Shown here piece by piece: positions 38,811 to 51,553 of a stretch of DNA of 64,000 bases (the stretch's first letter is position 1; every line of letters starts with the position of its first letter). Source of the DNA: Octopus bimaculoides (taxonomy: Eukaryota). Below the pieces are notes generated by a model. That model was given only the letters and a program-made list of their open reading frames with translations. It was not told the DNA's origin and did no database searches. Where the stretch lies: positions 3,805,245-3,869,244 of the forward strand of contig NC_068988.1 of NCBI RefSeq assembly GCF_001194135.2, in the 5' to 3' direction. The translations under genes and the position numbers were made by a program.

Positions 38811-40560
38811 AATATACATATGTATATTTTGGAGGGATTAGTTCAAATTTTTACCTTTACAAAATCAAAGCCAATCACTAACAAAACCAATGGGGTTTAT
38901 GGTCACCTGAATTTGTTGATGTATGCATGTTGGTGTTGTGTGTATATGTTCATGCATGGGTGTATGTATATGTGTGTGGGAATATGGGCAAGAGGTAGCC
39001 AAACAAAATCTGTGCGTCATGCAAAACACCATGGGGTTATGTCCCTTTATGCCTTTGACAATTTTGTCCTTTATGTGATATATGAAATATGTACTAAGCA
39101 AAGTGACTGAGATTGAAATAGTCAAAGTGGTGGTACTCCAGCATGGCTGAACTTCCAAAAACAAGAGACAAGTAAAAGAAAATACAAGAATTATTATTTT
39201 CTGTGTAGGTTTTGTTTTGTTTAGTGTTTTTTTAGAGTTGAAGAAGTATTGTTGTCTTTTTTGGAAACTAGTTTCCATACTTTTGACAACTTTATACATT
39301 ACATATCAATATTTTTAAATAATTTATTGCTATACCAGTATCGGTTTCTTAGAATATTGCTGTCATCTTTTATATTTCTCTATCTCTATCTAGAAATAGA
39401 TGACCCAAAGACAAATGGACAATATACCGCATAAAATATTGTGGTCTTTCCTATTTTTAAATCAGGAAACAATGATTGCTATTAGACAGCAAAACATGCA
39501 CCAGTTCCATCTGTTATTTAGTTTTTTTCAAATTTATTTCCTAATCAATAAATTGCAGAATAGATGGCTTCGATTCTGTCGAATGTAGCCTGTCATTTTT
39601 ATTGTATACTTGGATTCAAAATTTGAATGTCTGAGTTCAAACCAAAATGAGCTTCACTTCACATATTACCATTCTAATAATCAAAATAATTATTGGTAAA
39701 TAGCTAGAAAATGATTCAATAAACTATTAATTGTGTTTTGAATATCAGTTATTTAAGGAAGACGTCTTTACATTAGATAATGATTAACTTGCAGTACTTC
39801 CGAAATGTTTGAGGGAGTGTTTTGATTTTGTTGTCAAGCAGATATTCATTGTCACATCTACATTTACATCTATGTGAAAAAAATAATGCCCAACATAGAA
39901 ATATATCCTCTTCCAGGCATAGTTTTGTGGATAAGGAGTTGTTGCCACACTGGTCTCCTGCTGTATTTTGATACTTATTTATATATCCTTGTTCTCTCTT
40001 CTATGTGTTATATAAATAGGTTATAAATTGATTTGAGACTTTGAAACTGCTTGATCATACTTCGTTCTACTACACTTACGTGTTTGTGTGTGTTTATATT
40101 TGTATCTATTTTACTGATGAACATTAGCAAAAGATGTGAATGTCAGTGACAAAACTGATGTTCTTCAAGGGAAGTCCCCTATAATGGTTGTTCTTCACTG
40201 AGTTACAGATATACCCTTGTCAACTCACCATTAGAAATGCAGTGGACCAGTAACCGACAGACTGGAAGTCAGTAACAAACAATACTATGCTTCAACAATT
40301 TCAACGTAAAACAAAAGAAGTGAAAGTTGTTTACACCAAACATATTTTAGACTTAAAATAATGAGTTGTAGAATAAAAGCTTGTTTGAAGAAGCACAAGT
40401 TGTACACATGAAAATTATATTTTCATGTGTACATCAGTTTTGGTTGAAGCAACCATAACTCAGAGACTTGTATTCATTAAACAAAAATAAATATTATGAT
40501 AATAATAATAACAGCAACAACAACAATAATAAAACAGCGAGAATGGAAACAACAATAATA

Positions 40561-40709
40561 ATAGGATTTCAGATTTTGGCACTGGACCAGCGAGTTTGGA
40601 GGAGATGACTAGTCAGTTACATCAACCGCAGTATTTAACTGGTATATATTTCATTGACCTTGAAAGGATGAAAGAGAAAGTCAACCTCAGCAGAATTTCA
40701 ACTCAGGAC
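40561..40709 (-). mobile_element. Family A SINE fragment among (AAT/AAC)n tracts
   Basis: tttcagattttggcact...gaaaggatgaaagagaaagtcaacctcagcagaattt. Confidence 0.8.
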
Positions 40710-40720
40710 TTTCCACTGAG

Positions 40721-40778
<58 letters not shown>

Positions 40779-41184
40779 ATCAACCCTTTTAGAGTCAATA
40801 ATATTAATATGCTAACTTTTTGCTTTTTGTATGTACCAGTTGAGTGTGTCACACTTACTTCAAAGAAGTGGCAAAGTGAGAGAGAGGAGGACAGAGAGGA
40901 AGTAAGAGAGAGGGAGAGGAAGAGGAAAAGAGAGAGTGAAAGAGACAGTGAGTGGTGTTGGCGTTCGTTTTGTGTTTTTAAATGTTTATCACAGTTCAAG
41001 AAAAGTAGATACATATACACATTGTTAAATCAAAAGCGGGAGAGAAGAGGGATACAAAAGAAGTAAGAGAGAAAGTGAGAGAGACAGTAAATACATAATA
41101 ATCCAAAGAAAAGTTTATACATAGATACATACACAGAGCAAATATTGGATGTCAATTTCACTTTTCATTACCACATGAGGATAA

Positions 41185-41306
41185 AATTAACTCACACATG
41201 GCTGAGTACTCCACAGACATGCATAACATTAACGTAGTTCTCAGGGAGATTCAGCCTCACACAGAATATGACAAGGCTGGCCCCTTTGAATTACAGTTAC
41301 AACTCA
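41185..41306 (-). mobile_element. Fragment of the 4725-type SINE tail
   Basis: ggctgagtactccacagac...cagggagattcagc...acaaggctggcccctttgaa. Confidence 0.8.
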
Positions 41307-41599
41307 AGACATATATATATGAATGTTTTTGTGAGTGTGTATAGTTTAGATTAAAACATGTTTGCAATAATAAGTGTCACGTGGTGGAAATAAACACAAT
41401 TACCAAACTTTCATTCATAAACCCATTTATTATTTCGTTCTTTTGCATTTTAATTTGCACATTAAGGTTCTTTGAATAAGTACGATGTATTTTGAGGGTA
41501 AATAGTAATTCCATTTACGTTTGTGTAACTGAGATATTTTGGTTGGATTATATAGTCATTGGTGTTACATTACTTTCTATATTCTCTAACTGTCACAAT

Positions 41600-41750
41600 A
41601 TACTTTTCTAGGCCTGACTTTTTTGTGGGGAGGGATCAGTTGATTAGATCGAGCCTAGTACACAACTTATACTTAATTTATTGACCCCGAAAGGACGTAA
41701 GACAAAGTCGATCTCAGCAAAATTTGAACTCAGAACGTAAAAACAGACGG
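41600..41750 (-). mobile_element. Family A SINE fragment
   Basis: ttgaccccgaaaggacg...aaagtcgatctcagcaaaatttgaactcagaacg. Confidence 0.82.
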
Positions 41751-41844
41751 TCATAATATACAAACATTTCTCATGGCACCAGTAGACATTTTACAGATGC
41801 TTACACTTTTTATGTTTTCCATGAAGTTTACAGGGGTCCAGCTA

Positions 41845-41907
<63 letters not shown>

Positions 41908-42820
41908 GTATGAAGAAGAATAAAAGAAAAAGTGGTCAGCAAAGTTGTGTATTCTGAGAATCTGAAGTATTCGGTGATGGAGAGAAGTAAATTTGAAACT
42001 GTCAATATAATGATTGATAATATTTTATTGATCTATCACTAAAAACATTGGAAATCACATCAGGATTATTCCTCTCTGATGAATGTTGTAAAAAAACAAA
42101 ATGAGTAAATAAGTAAAATTGATGCCTTGTTAATAATACATTTGTTGAGTGATACAACAAACTCTTACATCAGTTTCATCATTGTCCTCATTATGTGTCA
42201 TCATCATCATCATCATCATGACAACCAAATTCAATGGCACACACTGTTTACAGCATTGCCACAACTTTATCATTTCCCAGATTATTCTGTCTGTTGCTGA
42301 CATTCCATGTATTGTCTTATGTAGAGAACTCAATCATTGTCAACAATCTTGTAATATGTCTATGTTTACCAGACAGATAATATTAATTTTGTAATGGGAC
42401 ACTTGATGGCTAGAGCTGACCAAGTCTACATTTGATATAAGACCACCAACTAAATGGTCAGGGCTTCTTACCTGATTACTGGTGATGTAATGTAATCTTA
42501 GACAAGACACTTAACTATTAAATGTTCCAAATGATTTAGAAGATAATCGACAGCAAGAATCATGGAAGTGAACCCCGAAGGGTGTTGTTGTAAATCACGA
42601 AGATGCCATTAAACTGCAATAAATCTAAGTTGTCTCAGAATGGAACCTACCAGATTGTAGCATTTCATACAGTCTTGAAGAGGTGTTCTGATCATTTAAT
42701 GTGTTACATGACTAAATGAGACAGAATTGGTTGCCATTGGCGAAGTTGATTGAATAACTGTCTACAAACCACAAAAACTGAAAAGTAAACATCATTGTTG
42801 TTCTCAATATCAACGTCATG

Positions 42821-43052
42821 TAAGGTGGTGAGTTGACAGAATCATTAGCATCCCAGACAAGATGCTGACCAATATTTCGTTCATATTCACATTCTGAGCT
42901 CAATTTCTACCAAAGACAACCTTGCCTTTTATCCTGACAAGCTTTATAAAAAAGTACAGCAGGGGAGGTCAATGTAAATGACTTCGCCTTCCCCTCAAAA
43001 AGCTGCCGGCCCTGTGCCAAAATTTGAAACCATCATCGCCATCATCATCATC
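42821..43052 (+). mobile_element. Family A SINE with (CAT)n-like tail
   Basis: taaggtggtgagttgacagaatcattagc...ggccctgtgccaaaatttgaaacc. Confidence 0.85.
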
Positions 43053-43550
43053 GAAACATGTAACAATGAAGGTGAATGGCATATTATGTATCACCTTATG
43101 TCTAAAAGCACTGTCTACAATCTGTGTTAAAAATACTAAGCGGAGAACTGTGACAGGATAAAGATAACATGAGGGGGTGGGGGTGGAGCATTGTGTGATT
43201 GATCATGTGTTTTGTTGGTTTGTTGTGTTAAGTTTAAGTTCTTCTAGGAATAGAGAGAATTCTCAGCAAGAAATCTGTAAAGATATTGTCAAAAATGAAG
43301 ATTCTTCATCTGCAGCAGACCTGGACAGATTGCAGCAGTGAGGACACAGGGACCAATCAGGACTCATTGAGAGAGATTTCCTGCAACACTGCATCCACTT
43401 CTTTCTGCCCACCATCACTTATTTCCAAGCAAGTGTGTGTGTGTGTGTGCGAGTGAGAGAGAGAGACCTCAGCTGCCCACACAGATCACAGACTGATCTA
43501 CCCAAACCTTCCAGTCTTACATATTTTCTGGAATCTCCATAATTGTCTTC

Positions 43551-43592
<42 letters not shown>

Positions 43593-43859
43593 ATACGTAT
43601 GTACATGTCACAATAACATGATATCAACCAGAATATTGGATGTTGTTATACATCACTGGTCACAATGCACTTCTCATTGTCTTAGCTTTCAAATGATGCC
43701 ACTCCACTAGCTGGGCAAGCAGGCCATGTGTCTATCTTTACTTAAATGTATATGTATGACTATGTATATACTGCCTTCCTTCCTTCCTTCCGCTAGCACT
43801 GCCAAATCTTAATCCAACAACAAATCTGGTTAACCCCCTCAATGATGCCATGGCAACTG

Positions 43860-44410
43860 CATGGCACCAAACACAACACACCAAAACATCCATCCACACA
43901 CACACACATCAGTTATATATATGTTCACACACCAGTGCACACTGCAAACATGCTCAAACACATATAAATATTTGACATATGCATACACACACACACACAC
44001 ACACACACAAGACATAGCCATACACACACTTGTTCATGCAGATATGCATGCACACATACTTGCACAAATGCAGACATGTGCATATACATGCATACCAGAC
44101 ATATTCATATGTATACATGCTTGCCAAACACATGCACACGAATACACACCCACACCAGATACTAATGCTAATGTATATGAGCACACACACACACACACAC
44201 ACACACAAACGCACACAGCAGATGCCAATGTATACATATATATACGTACATGCACACAGCTGACACACACTCACACTTATACATATAAACCAGATACACA
44301 CACCCAATCACACACGTACATACCCACCAATGAGCCAATGTTGCAAGCAATACACACACACACACACACAACACACACACACACACACATACATACAGAC
44401 ACACACTAAC
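43860..44410. repeat. Cryptic (CA)/(CATA)-rich microsatellite complex
   Basis: ~550 bp of near-continuous purine/pyrimidine alternation. It is the source of several spurious ORFs. Confidence 0.9.
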
Positions 44411-44794
44411 AACTGGTGTTGCTAACAATTCTCTCTTCATCCTCTAGAGAGCCAGGAACCTCCACCATCCTGCCCACCCACATGGTCCTATAAATACAGA
44501 TTGACATTTCTATCTCAATTTGATGTCACTACTGTGTCAATATTAATATCACCAATACCACATGACCTGCCTTGACCAGAAACAGCTGAATATCCAGAAG
44601 CCATCTTGCACTTTTTCCATTCATTTATCTAAGCCTGAAGGGCTACATTCATTTTCAAACCCACAAAACTTTGAGTTACATTAAACCAAATCAAACTGTT
44701 ATTAAATAATACATATATACATCTATGTATGTTTATATAGGTGTACGTATGTGTATGTGTGTGTACATAATATATACATATATATATGTATATA

Positions 44795-45245
44795 TCATCC
44801 TCATCATTTAACGTCCGCTTTCCATGCTGGCATGGGTTTGAGGATTTGACTGAGGACTGGCGAACCAGATGGCTACACCAGACTCCAATCTGATCAGGCA
44901 GAGTTTCTACAACTGGATGCCCTTCCTAACGCCAACCACTCCAAGAGTGTAGTGGGTGCTTTTACGTGCCATTGGCACAAGGACCAGTCTGGTGGTACTG
45001 GCAATGGCCACGCTCAAATGGTGCTTTTTTATGTGCCACCTGCACAAGAGTCAGTCTAATATTTTGTTCACATGCCACCAGCACAAGTGCTGGTAAGATG
45101 AAGCTGGAAACGATCGCGCTCAAATGGAGCTTTTTACGTGCCACCGGCACAGAAGTGAGACCACTGCTCTAGCAGTGACCCCGCTATGGTGGTGCTGTTA
45201 GCGCTCCACTGGCACAGGTGCCAGTCATCGAATTTGGTTCAGTTT
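44795..45245 (-). mobile_element. Family C SINE-like copy with five internal repeat units
   Basis: catttaacgtccgctttccatgctggcatggg...; GGTGCTTTTAYGTGCCACC.GCAC motif at ~44955, 45020, 45064, 45126 and 45191. Confidence 0.9.
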
Positions 45246-45273
45246 CGATCTATCTATCTATATATATATATAT

Positions 45274-46074
45274 TTTATCATCATAAATATACAGGGATTA
45301 GCAATTGAGTTGCTTCTCCAACATACTGAAAATTTAGAAATAGCAGTCAAAGAACTACTGATTCCAAACTACAAATTTTTCTCTAAAGCGGATGGCGATA
45401 TTTATGGCACACATAGAACAAAAAACCGGAGGGAAAAGCGTAAACAAACCAAGCCTTTAGTTAATTGGATANNNNNNNNNNNNNNNNNNNNNNNNNNNNN
45501 NNNNNNNNNNNNNNNNNNNNNNNNNNNNNNNNNNNNNNNNNNNNNNNNNNNNNNNNNNNNNNNNNNNNNNNNNNNNNNNNNNNNNNNNNNNNNNNNNNNN
45601 NNNNNNNNNNNNNNNNNNNNNNNNNNNNNNNNNNNNNNNNNNNNNNNNNNNNNNNNNNNNNNNNNNNNNNNNNNNNNNNNNNNNNNNNNNNNNNNNNNNN
45701 NNNNNNNNNNNNNNNNNNNNNNNNNNNNNNNNNNNNNNNNNNNNNNNNNNNNNNNNNNNNNNNNNNNNNNNNNNNNNNNNNNNNNNNNNNNNNNNNNNNN
45801 NNNNNNNNNNNNNNNNNNNNNNNNNNNNNNNNNNNNNNNNNNNNNNNNNNNATTCACTTAACCATGAAACGATTCGTATCCAATTAACTAAAGGCTTGGT
45901 TTGTTTACGCTTTTCCCTCCGGTTTTTTGTTCTATGTGTGCCATAAATATCGCCATCCGCTTTAGAGAAAAATTTGTAGTTTGGAATCAGTAGTTCTTTG
46001 ACTGCTATTTCTAAATTTTCAGTATGTTGGAGAAGCAACTCAATTGCTAATCCCTGTATATTTATGATGATAAA
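45274..46074. other. Identical 198-bp inverted duplication flanking a 380-N gap
   Basis: 45274-45471 is the reverse complement of 45877-46074 with no mismatch seen. Gap at 45472-45851. Confidence 0.92.
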
Positions 46075-46184
46075 TAGTTTTACCGATAAAGGTTTTTTTC
46101 ATACTGAACTACTTGGCAAAATTGTTAATTATTAATTCTATTATTAATTGACGATTCTCTGCCCTTATTCTTGTATATATATAT

Positions 46185-46217
<33 letters not shown>

Positions 46218-47105
46218 TATATAGATAGACAGGTATATATGTATGTTATTATTCAATTTTATTTCAAGATTTCTTGCCAATAGAGAAAGAGTTGGTTTCT
46301 AACCTAGTTCCAAGGCTCCATCATTAGAATTTCAACATCAACAACAGGGTATTTTTGTATGTATGTATGCATAACTTATTTTTTTAGCATAATCTTTAAG
46401 TCTGGCTGTTAATTTGAATAATTTCATTTGTCCATCTCTCACACTTTTTTTCCAAAGTTTTAGAATATAATTTAGTTTAATATATGGTGTTTATGCATTA
46501 TTGCATAAACATTGTCTGTGCTATGTTTAATGTTTGTTAAATTATCATTGCAGTGATTTGATCTAGTTTATGTAAACAATAATTCTTAAGGCCCACTCTC
46601 ATAAAAAGAGTGCCTATGTTTTATCTAATCATTCAACAAAAGACAGCTGCAATTCCATTTAGTGTTTGTGTGTGAAAGGTGCACAGGTACAATGAAAAAA
46701 AAGGCATCGGCTCAGCGATGCCTCCCCATGCGTGCAGATAAACGTTTTCACCAATTCTCGTGTGGCTTACAATGTGTTGCTTACCCATGCTTTTTAAGTG
46801 AACTGAATTTTTTGTTTTTTCTAAGTATCACCATTATAAGTATTTATACTGTGGTGGGATTAAGAAATCCACTCATAAATAACCAAAACCCGCAAATCCA
46901 TCACTGTACACACACACACACACACAGTCGCATATCTATGTATGCATTTATGTATGTTTGAAGATAATCAAACCAAATATTTATTATTTCCAGTTACTTA
47001 TTTTTGTTACTGGTCAGTCAATGAGGATAGGCTATTTCAGGACCTTCAAGACTGATGCATGGAAGAGAGTTATTCTTCACCCAGAGCCCTGGTATCAATA
47101 CTTAC

Positions 47106-47151
47106 AATAGAATGGGTCCTGCTAAAGGCACCCAAACATCAGAGTGTGGTG
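47106..47151 (-). CDS. Weak candidate exon PHSDVWVPLAGPIL
   Basis: Acceptor tactcatttcag, donor TT|GTAAGT, 46 nt, phase 1 to 2, single open frame. Confidence 0.27.
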
Positions 47152-47473
47152 CTGAAATGAGTATTAGATTAAGTTTGCCATCCAAGAATACAGAACAGAA
47201 ACAAATGGGATAATCACTGCAAAGGTATCGTGACCGAAACTGGTACAGGTTCTACCAATCTACTGCCTTCGACTTGTCATTTTATTGACCCTAAAAGGAT
47301 TGAAAGGTCAAGATGGCATTGGTAGGATTGAGATTCTGAATACAGAAAGTTGGAACAAATAGTATGAGCTGTTCTATCCTACAACTAACAACTTAAATAA
47401 TTCACAACTAAAATTTTCTCAGATATTACTTAAGACAGTCAGGAATATCTATCTCCCAACTAGGTTGAAATTC

Positions 47474-47476
<3 letters not shown>

Positions 47477-47521
<45 letters not shown>

Positions 47522-47531
47522 NNNNNNNNNN

Positions 47532-47562
<31 letters not shown>
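47477..47562. repeat. (CT)n microsatellite with a 10-N gap (47522-47531)
   Basis: Directly visible. Confidence 0.97.
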
Positions 47563-47564
<2 letters not shown>

Positions 47565-48027
47565 CTTCCTTCTCTCTCTCTATCTATTTAGACAGTAATA
47601 ACTGAAATCTTCACCTCACCCAATTCTTATTGTCCATATTTTCTTGTTCTTTCCAATGATTTATTTCCCAAACCTCCTCCTACACTTTCTCCACCTCCTC
47701 CTCCTCCTCAGACTGAACTTGCGATATATCACAGATGGAAATCTGACTTCTTGTGAGCCATAACTTTACTCAAGGAAGATTCACTGGTCAGGAAATGGGC
47801 GCAAAGACTTTGTAACAATAATAACAACTAAACGTCTTGGAATTACACATTGTTAATAGAAGAACAGACACTATTTCTGAATACAGGGCTAGGTGGTCAC
47901 AGTTGGATTGTCTTTTATGATAGAGCTACCTGATCGGGATAACTAGTTGCTAAGCAACAATAATAACAATGTAATAGCCACTAGAATTGTTAACTCCGAA
48001 TGTGTAGTGTAGAATATAATATATAAT

Positions 48028-48202
48028 ATTGGTTTCACATTTGGGCACAAGGCCAGCAATTTCGGGGGCGGGGTAAGTCAGTTACACTGGCCCCAATATT
48101 CAACTGGTACTTATTTTATCGATCCCGAAAGGATGAAATGCAAAGTCAACCTCAACGGAATTTAAACTCAGAAAGTAAAGACAGACAAAATGCCGCTAAG
48201 CC
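48028..48202 (-). mobile_element. Family A SINE (tail A)
   Basis: ggtttcacatttgggcacaaggccagc...gatcccgaaaggatgaaatgcaaagtcaacctc. Confidence 0.88.
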
Positions 48203-49921
48203 TTTTGTCAGCCTTATATTGTTATTTAATATTATTGTAGAATCTGATACTGGAGGAAAAAAGACAGGGTTTGTAGTGAGAGACCATCGAAGAAGTAATA
48301 AGTGGCCCAAATATTGTTGGCCCTTCCCATCAAAATACTTGAACAGCAAACTAAACAAAACCACTGGCTAAGTCCATCAACTCATAACTACATACAGTAG
48401 TGAACCTCTCTCAACAGCTCATCATTTCGTTGGTTTTTCACTACCCCTAACAACACAGTGATATGTGCTTCTTTTTATTATTATAGAAATATATGGCTGA
48501 TACTTTAAAGTTTCTAAGTCTGATCAGTTTTATTACTTGGTATTAATAAAATGAGTTGATGATAACTTGTACATTATCAGTAAAACTTCCTGCCCTCGCG
48601 GCGGATGGTAAATCAGTCATTTCTGTTGATAAGCTTAGAATTGCAAGTCTATCATAAGTTTTATATTGGTTGTGTGTATCTTTAACCTCCGACCTTTAAC
48701 ACTAATGCCAAATTTAATCAAAGGAAATCTACTCTGAAACAGAAAACTTTTTGTGGGAAGAATTCTTTTGATGTATCTCTGTGTTTTAAGACACAATAAT
48801 ATAGTCTCAGAAAAATCTCACATCAGACATACGAGTGTTCCTCTTATTGCTGAAAACTTCATTAAAACAAATAAAACAGCATTAACATATAAACTCATAT
48901 TTCAAATAGAAAAATATTATTATATATTGATTTCTGACACATGTTCAAGGTGTGAGATATATATAAGAAGTGAAATTGAGGCAGTGAAATAGTTAGGCTT
49001 CAGGCGAAGACATCAGAAATGAAAGCAAGCTTAGAAATGTAATGAAAATGAGACACCAATAATTACTAATGAATGCAAGTGTAAACTTGATTTATTAAGA
49101 CGTTATCATTAGAGTAATTAGTGACAAAGAATTTTTATAGAAGAAGAAGCACAATGGAAGGGAGCTAATCATCTGATGGCCATCAACTCAACACTTTTAT
49201 GAAATATTTTCAATATTCCCATCAACTTTACATGACATTTTTGCTTCTAACAACATCATCCACAACTCCAACATTGTTTTTAACCAATTAACAGACTCCC
49301 ACTCCTGTCTCAAGTTTTCTTATTCACATCCTACAAAAACTAATTCTGCTCTTCCTTTCTCATATTTTCTCTGAATCTGTCACCATTCTATGAAGTCTAG
49401 CAGACAATGATGTCAAATCACCATTTTTTTTTCCTTTCAACCAGTTTACTCCCAACCCATCATAGGTGCTGCCCTCTGCCAAGCACAACCCATCATCCAC
49501 ACAACCACACTATTATCCCACCCCCTCACTACATACACACAGCTACTTCAGCAAATCCCTTTTATAAATGGATCCCTTAATCACCTCAATATTTCTTCAG
49601 CTTCCACTCCTCTCCAATAAAAAGCAACAAATTCATACAATTTTCTACAAATTAAAAACAGCCTATCATTTACACACGTTGTCCATCAGCTGCAATTTTT
49701 TTTCCTTTCCCTGTTGATTACTCTTGTATATTGAATGTAACACCCATGTTCAAGCATTCTTTTTGCTCCAGATTTCAATTCAAAAATCCCCAATGACATC
49801 TTTCTTATGGTAATTAATTATATGCTCTTTCTGGTTTGACTACTGTCATTATGATTTGTGTCCAGCTTCTAATGGATATTTTCCTCTTTAACATAAACCA
49901 ACAAAACAATTGTTTTCTTAC

Positions 49922-49981
49922 ACAACAACAACTGTTGACTCATTATAGAACTTTTCAACCAACACACTTTTACAGATATTT
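49922..49981 (-). CDS. Weak candidate symmetric exon (60 nt; two open frames, e.g. NICKSVLVEKFYNESTVVV)
   Basis: Acceptor tttgttttctttaag, donor T|GTAAGA. Confidence 0.25.
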
Positions 49982-50701
49982 CTTAAAGAAAACAAATTTA
50001 ACCTCCAAAACCATCTTCCATTGCACCTTTAAAGCCTACCAACGTTTATGGCAATGAGAGTTTTTCCCTTAGTAGAAAAGAACTCAGCAGTGAGAATCGG
50101 CATCTCACTCTTTAAATCAGACGGAATATTTCAGACTTTCTAATCAACGAGATACAGGATATCCTACTCACTGATACACCCAGGGTTATGAATTTATTTC
50201 TCAACAGCTTCCTATGACATTTAAAGCCTCATTTTCCACTCATCTTTCTCATTTGCCATGTCCACGCAATTTTCACAATCTAATGTTGTCTTTTAATGTT
50301 AAAAATGCCCATTAATCAATACTATTTCTGCTTCAGTAATCTTCACAGCTTTCCTTTCATTTTCCAGTCAATATTTTATTTTGATAACGTACAACTAAGT
50401 GTTTACTTTATTAATTAGTTCAATAATGTTCAATCATCAAATATAAGCTATCAGATCCTAGTTTTAGAGAACCTATCTTTTAAATATTCCACTAATTTTC
50501 TGAATATTAAGTCTGTCGTTAACATCACTAAGAGGTAGGCACCGTAACTTTAATTTGGTTTCCAGTCCATCATGAAATGATGTCACTGCTGTGATGTGGC
50601 ACTATTCACACACTCATTTCAAACATATTTATGCTGAACTGGTCTCCAATCATATTCAATATGATATACTACTACTACTACTACTACTAATAATAATAAT
50701 A

Positions 50702-50732
<31 letters not shown>

Positions 50733-50920
50733 TATGTTTAGGTATAAAAGATGGGCTACAGCAAATATTCTGCTGAATACCACAGATTTGCTTGTCAGTT
50801 GTTCGACTTTAACCAGTTGAGCATGTCCCTTGGTGGCTGACGATATGTGCATCTCTGATCATGAGCAGAAGTAGTAGGGGAGCATCATAGCTATGTTTTG
50901 AGAGGAATTCTTTGGAGTTT

Positions 50921-51248
50921 TTAAAAGAAATGGAAAAACTTTCAAAATACAAAGACCTGGAAATAGAGATAACTCGAATGTGGAATCTAAAAACAGAAAC
51001 AATTCCTATCATAGTAGGTGCCTTAGGTATAATAAAAAAATATTCAGACAAATACATAACAAAAATAGCAGGACTTACAAATATATATAACATACAGAAA
51101 ATTGCACTACTGGGTACTGCACACATCCTACGCAAAACACTTTCAATACAGTAAACATAAGAGCACCACAGCAAACCACAGCACATACCCAAGGCGCACA
51201 GAGCTGCGCTCGGTAGTGAAGTGAAAGCACGTTATAAAAATAAAACTA

Positions 51249-51310
<62 letters not shown>
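50921..51310 (+). mobile_element. 5'-truncated R4/Dong-like (REL endonuclease) non-LTR retrotransposon 3' end with (AAT)n tail
   Basis: EKLSKYKDLEIEITRMWNLKTETIPIIVGALG...IQKIALLGTAHILRKTL*. The K--KY--L, P-IVGALG and ALLGT--ILR motifs are typical of REL domain C-termini. ~100-nt 3' UTR, then (AAT)n. Confidence 0.88.
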
Positions 51311-51312
<2 letters not shown>

Positions 51313-51540
51313 TCATCATCATCATCATCATCATCATTTAATGTCTGCTGGCATGGGCTGGATGGTTTGACTGGACTGGCAGACTGGAAGGCTATGCTAG
51401 GATCTAGTCTGATTTAGCATGGTTTTCTATGGCTGGATGCCCTTCCTAATGCCAACCACTCCGAGAGTGTAATGGGTGCTTTTACGTGTCACCAGCACGG
51501 GTGCCATTTGTGTGACACCAGTATCTGCCACAACTGTATC
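51313..51540 (-). mobile_element. Family C SINE-like copy
   Basis: (CAT)n...gcccttcctaatgccaaccactccgagagtg. Confidence 0.87.
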
Positions 51541-51553
51541 CACCACCACCAGC

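Noticed and set aside
40110-40150. Second hammerhead-like motif CTGATGA-acat...atgt-GAATGTC
   Set aside because: GAAA is incomplete and the stem I flanks do not pair. Probably chance.
43171-43190. G-quadruplex candidate gagggggtgggggtgg
   Set aside because: Only two full G-tracts, insufficient for a canonical intramolecular G4.
43839-44440. His/Thr- and Cys/Val-rich ORFs up to 182 aa
   Set aside because: Products of (CA)n/(TG)n low-complexity DNA, as at 17267-17722, 21012-21412, 37849-38164 and 52553-52915.
44955-45216. CRISPR-like array (palindromic ~25-nt repeats with ~40-nt spacers)
   Set aside because: Repeats are degenerate, spacers are related to each other (gctcaaat endings), the array lies inside a eukaryotic retroposon, and there are no cas genes.
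50809-51192. 127-aa minus-strand ORF
   Set aside because: It is the antisense shadow of the R4-like REL domain plus the adjacent repeat.
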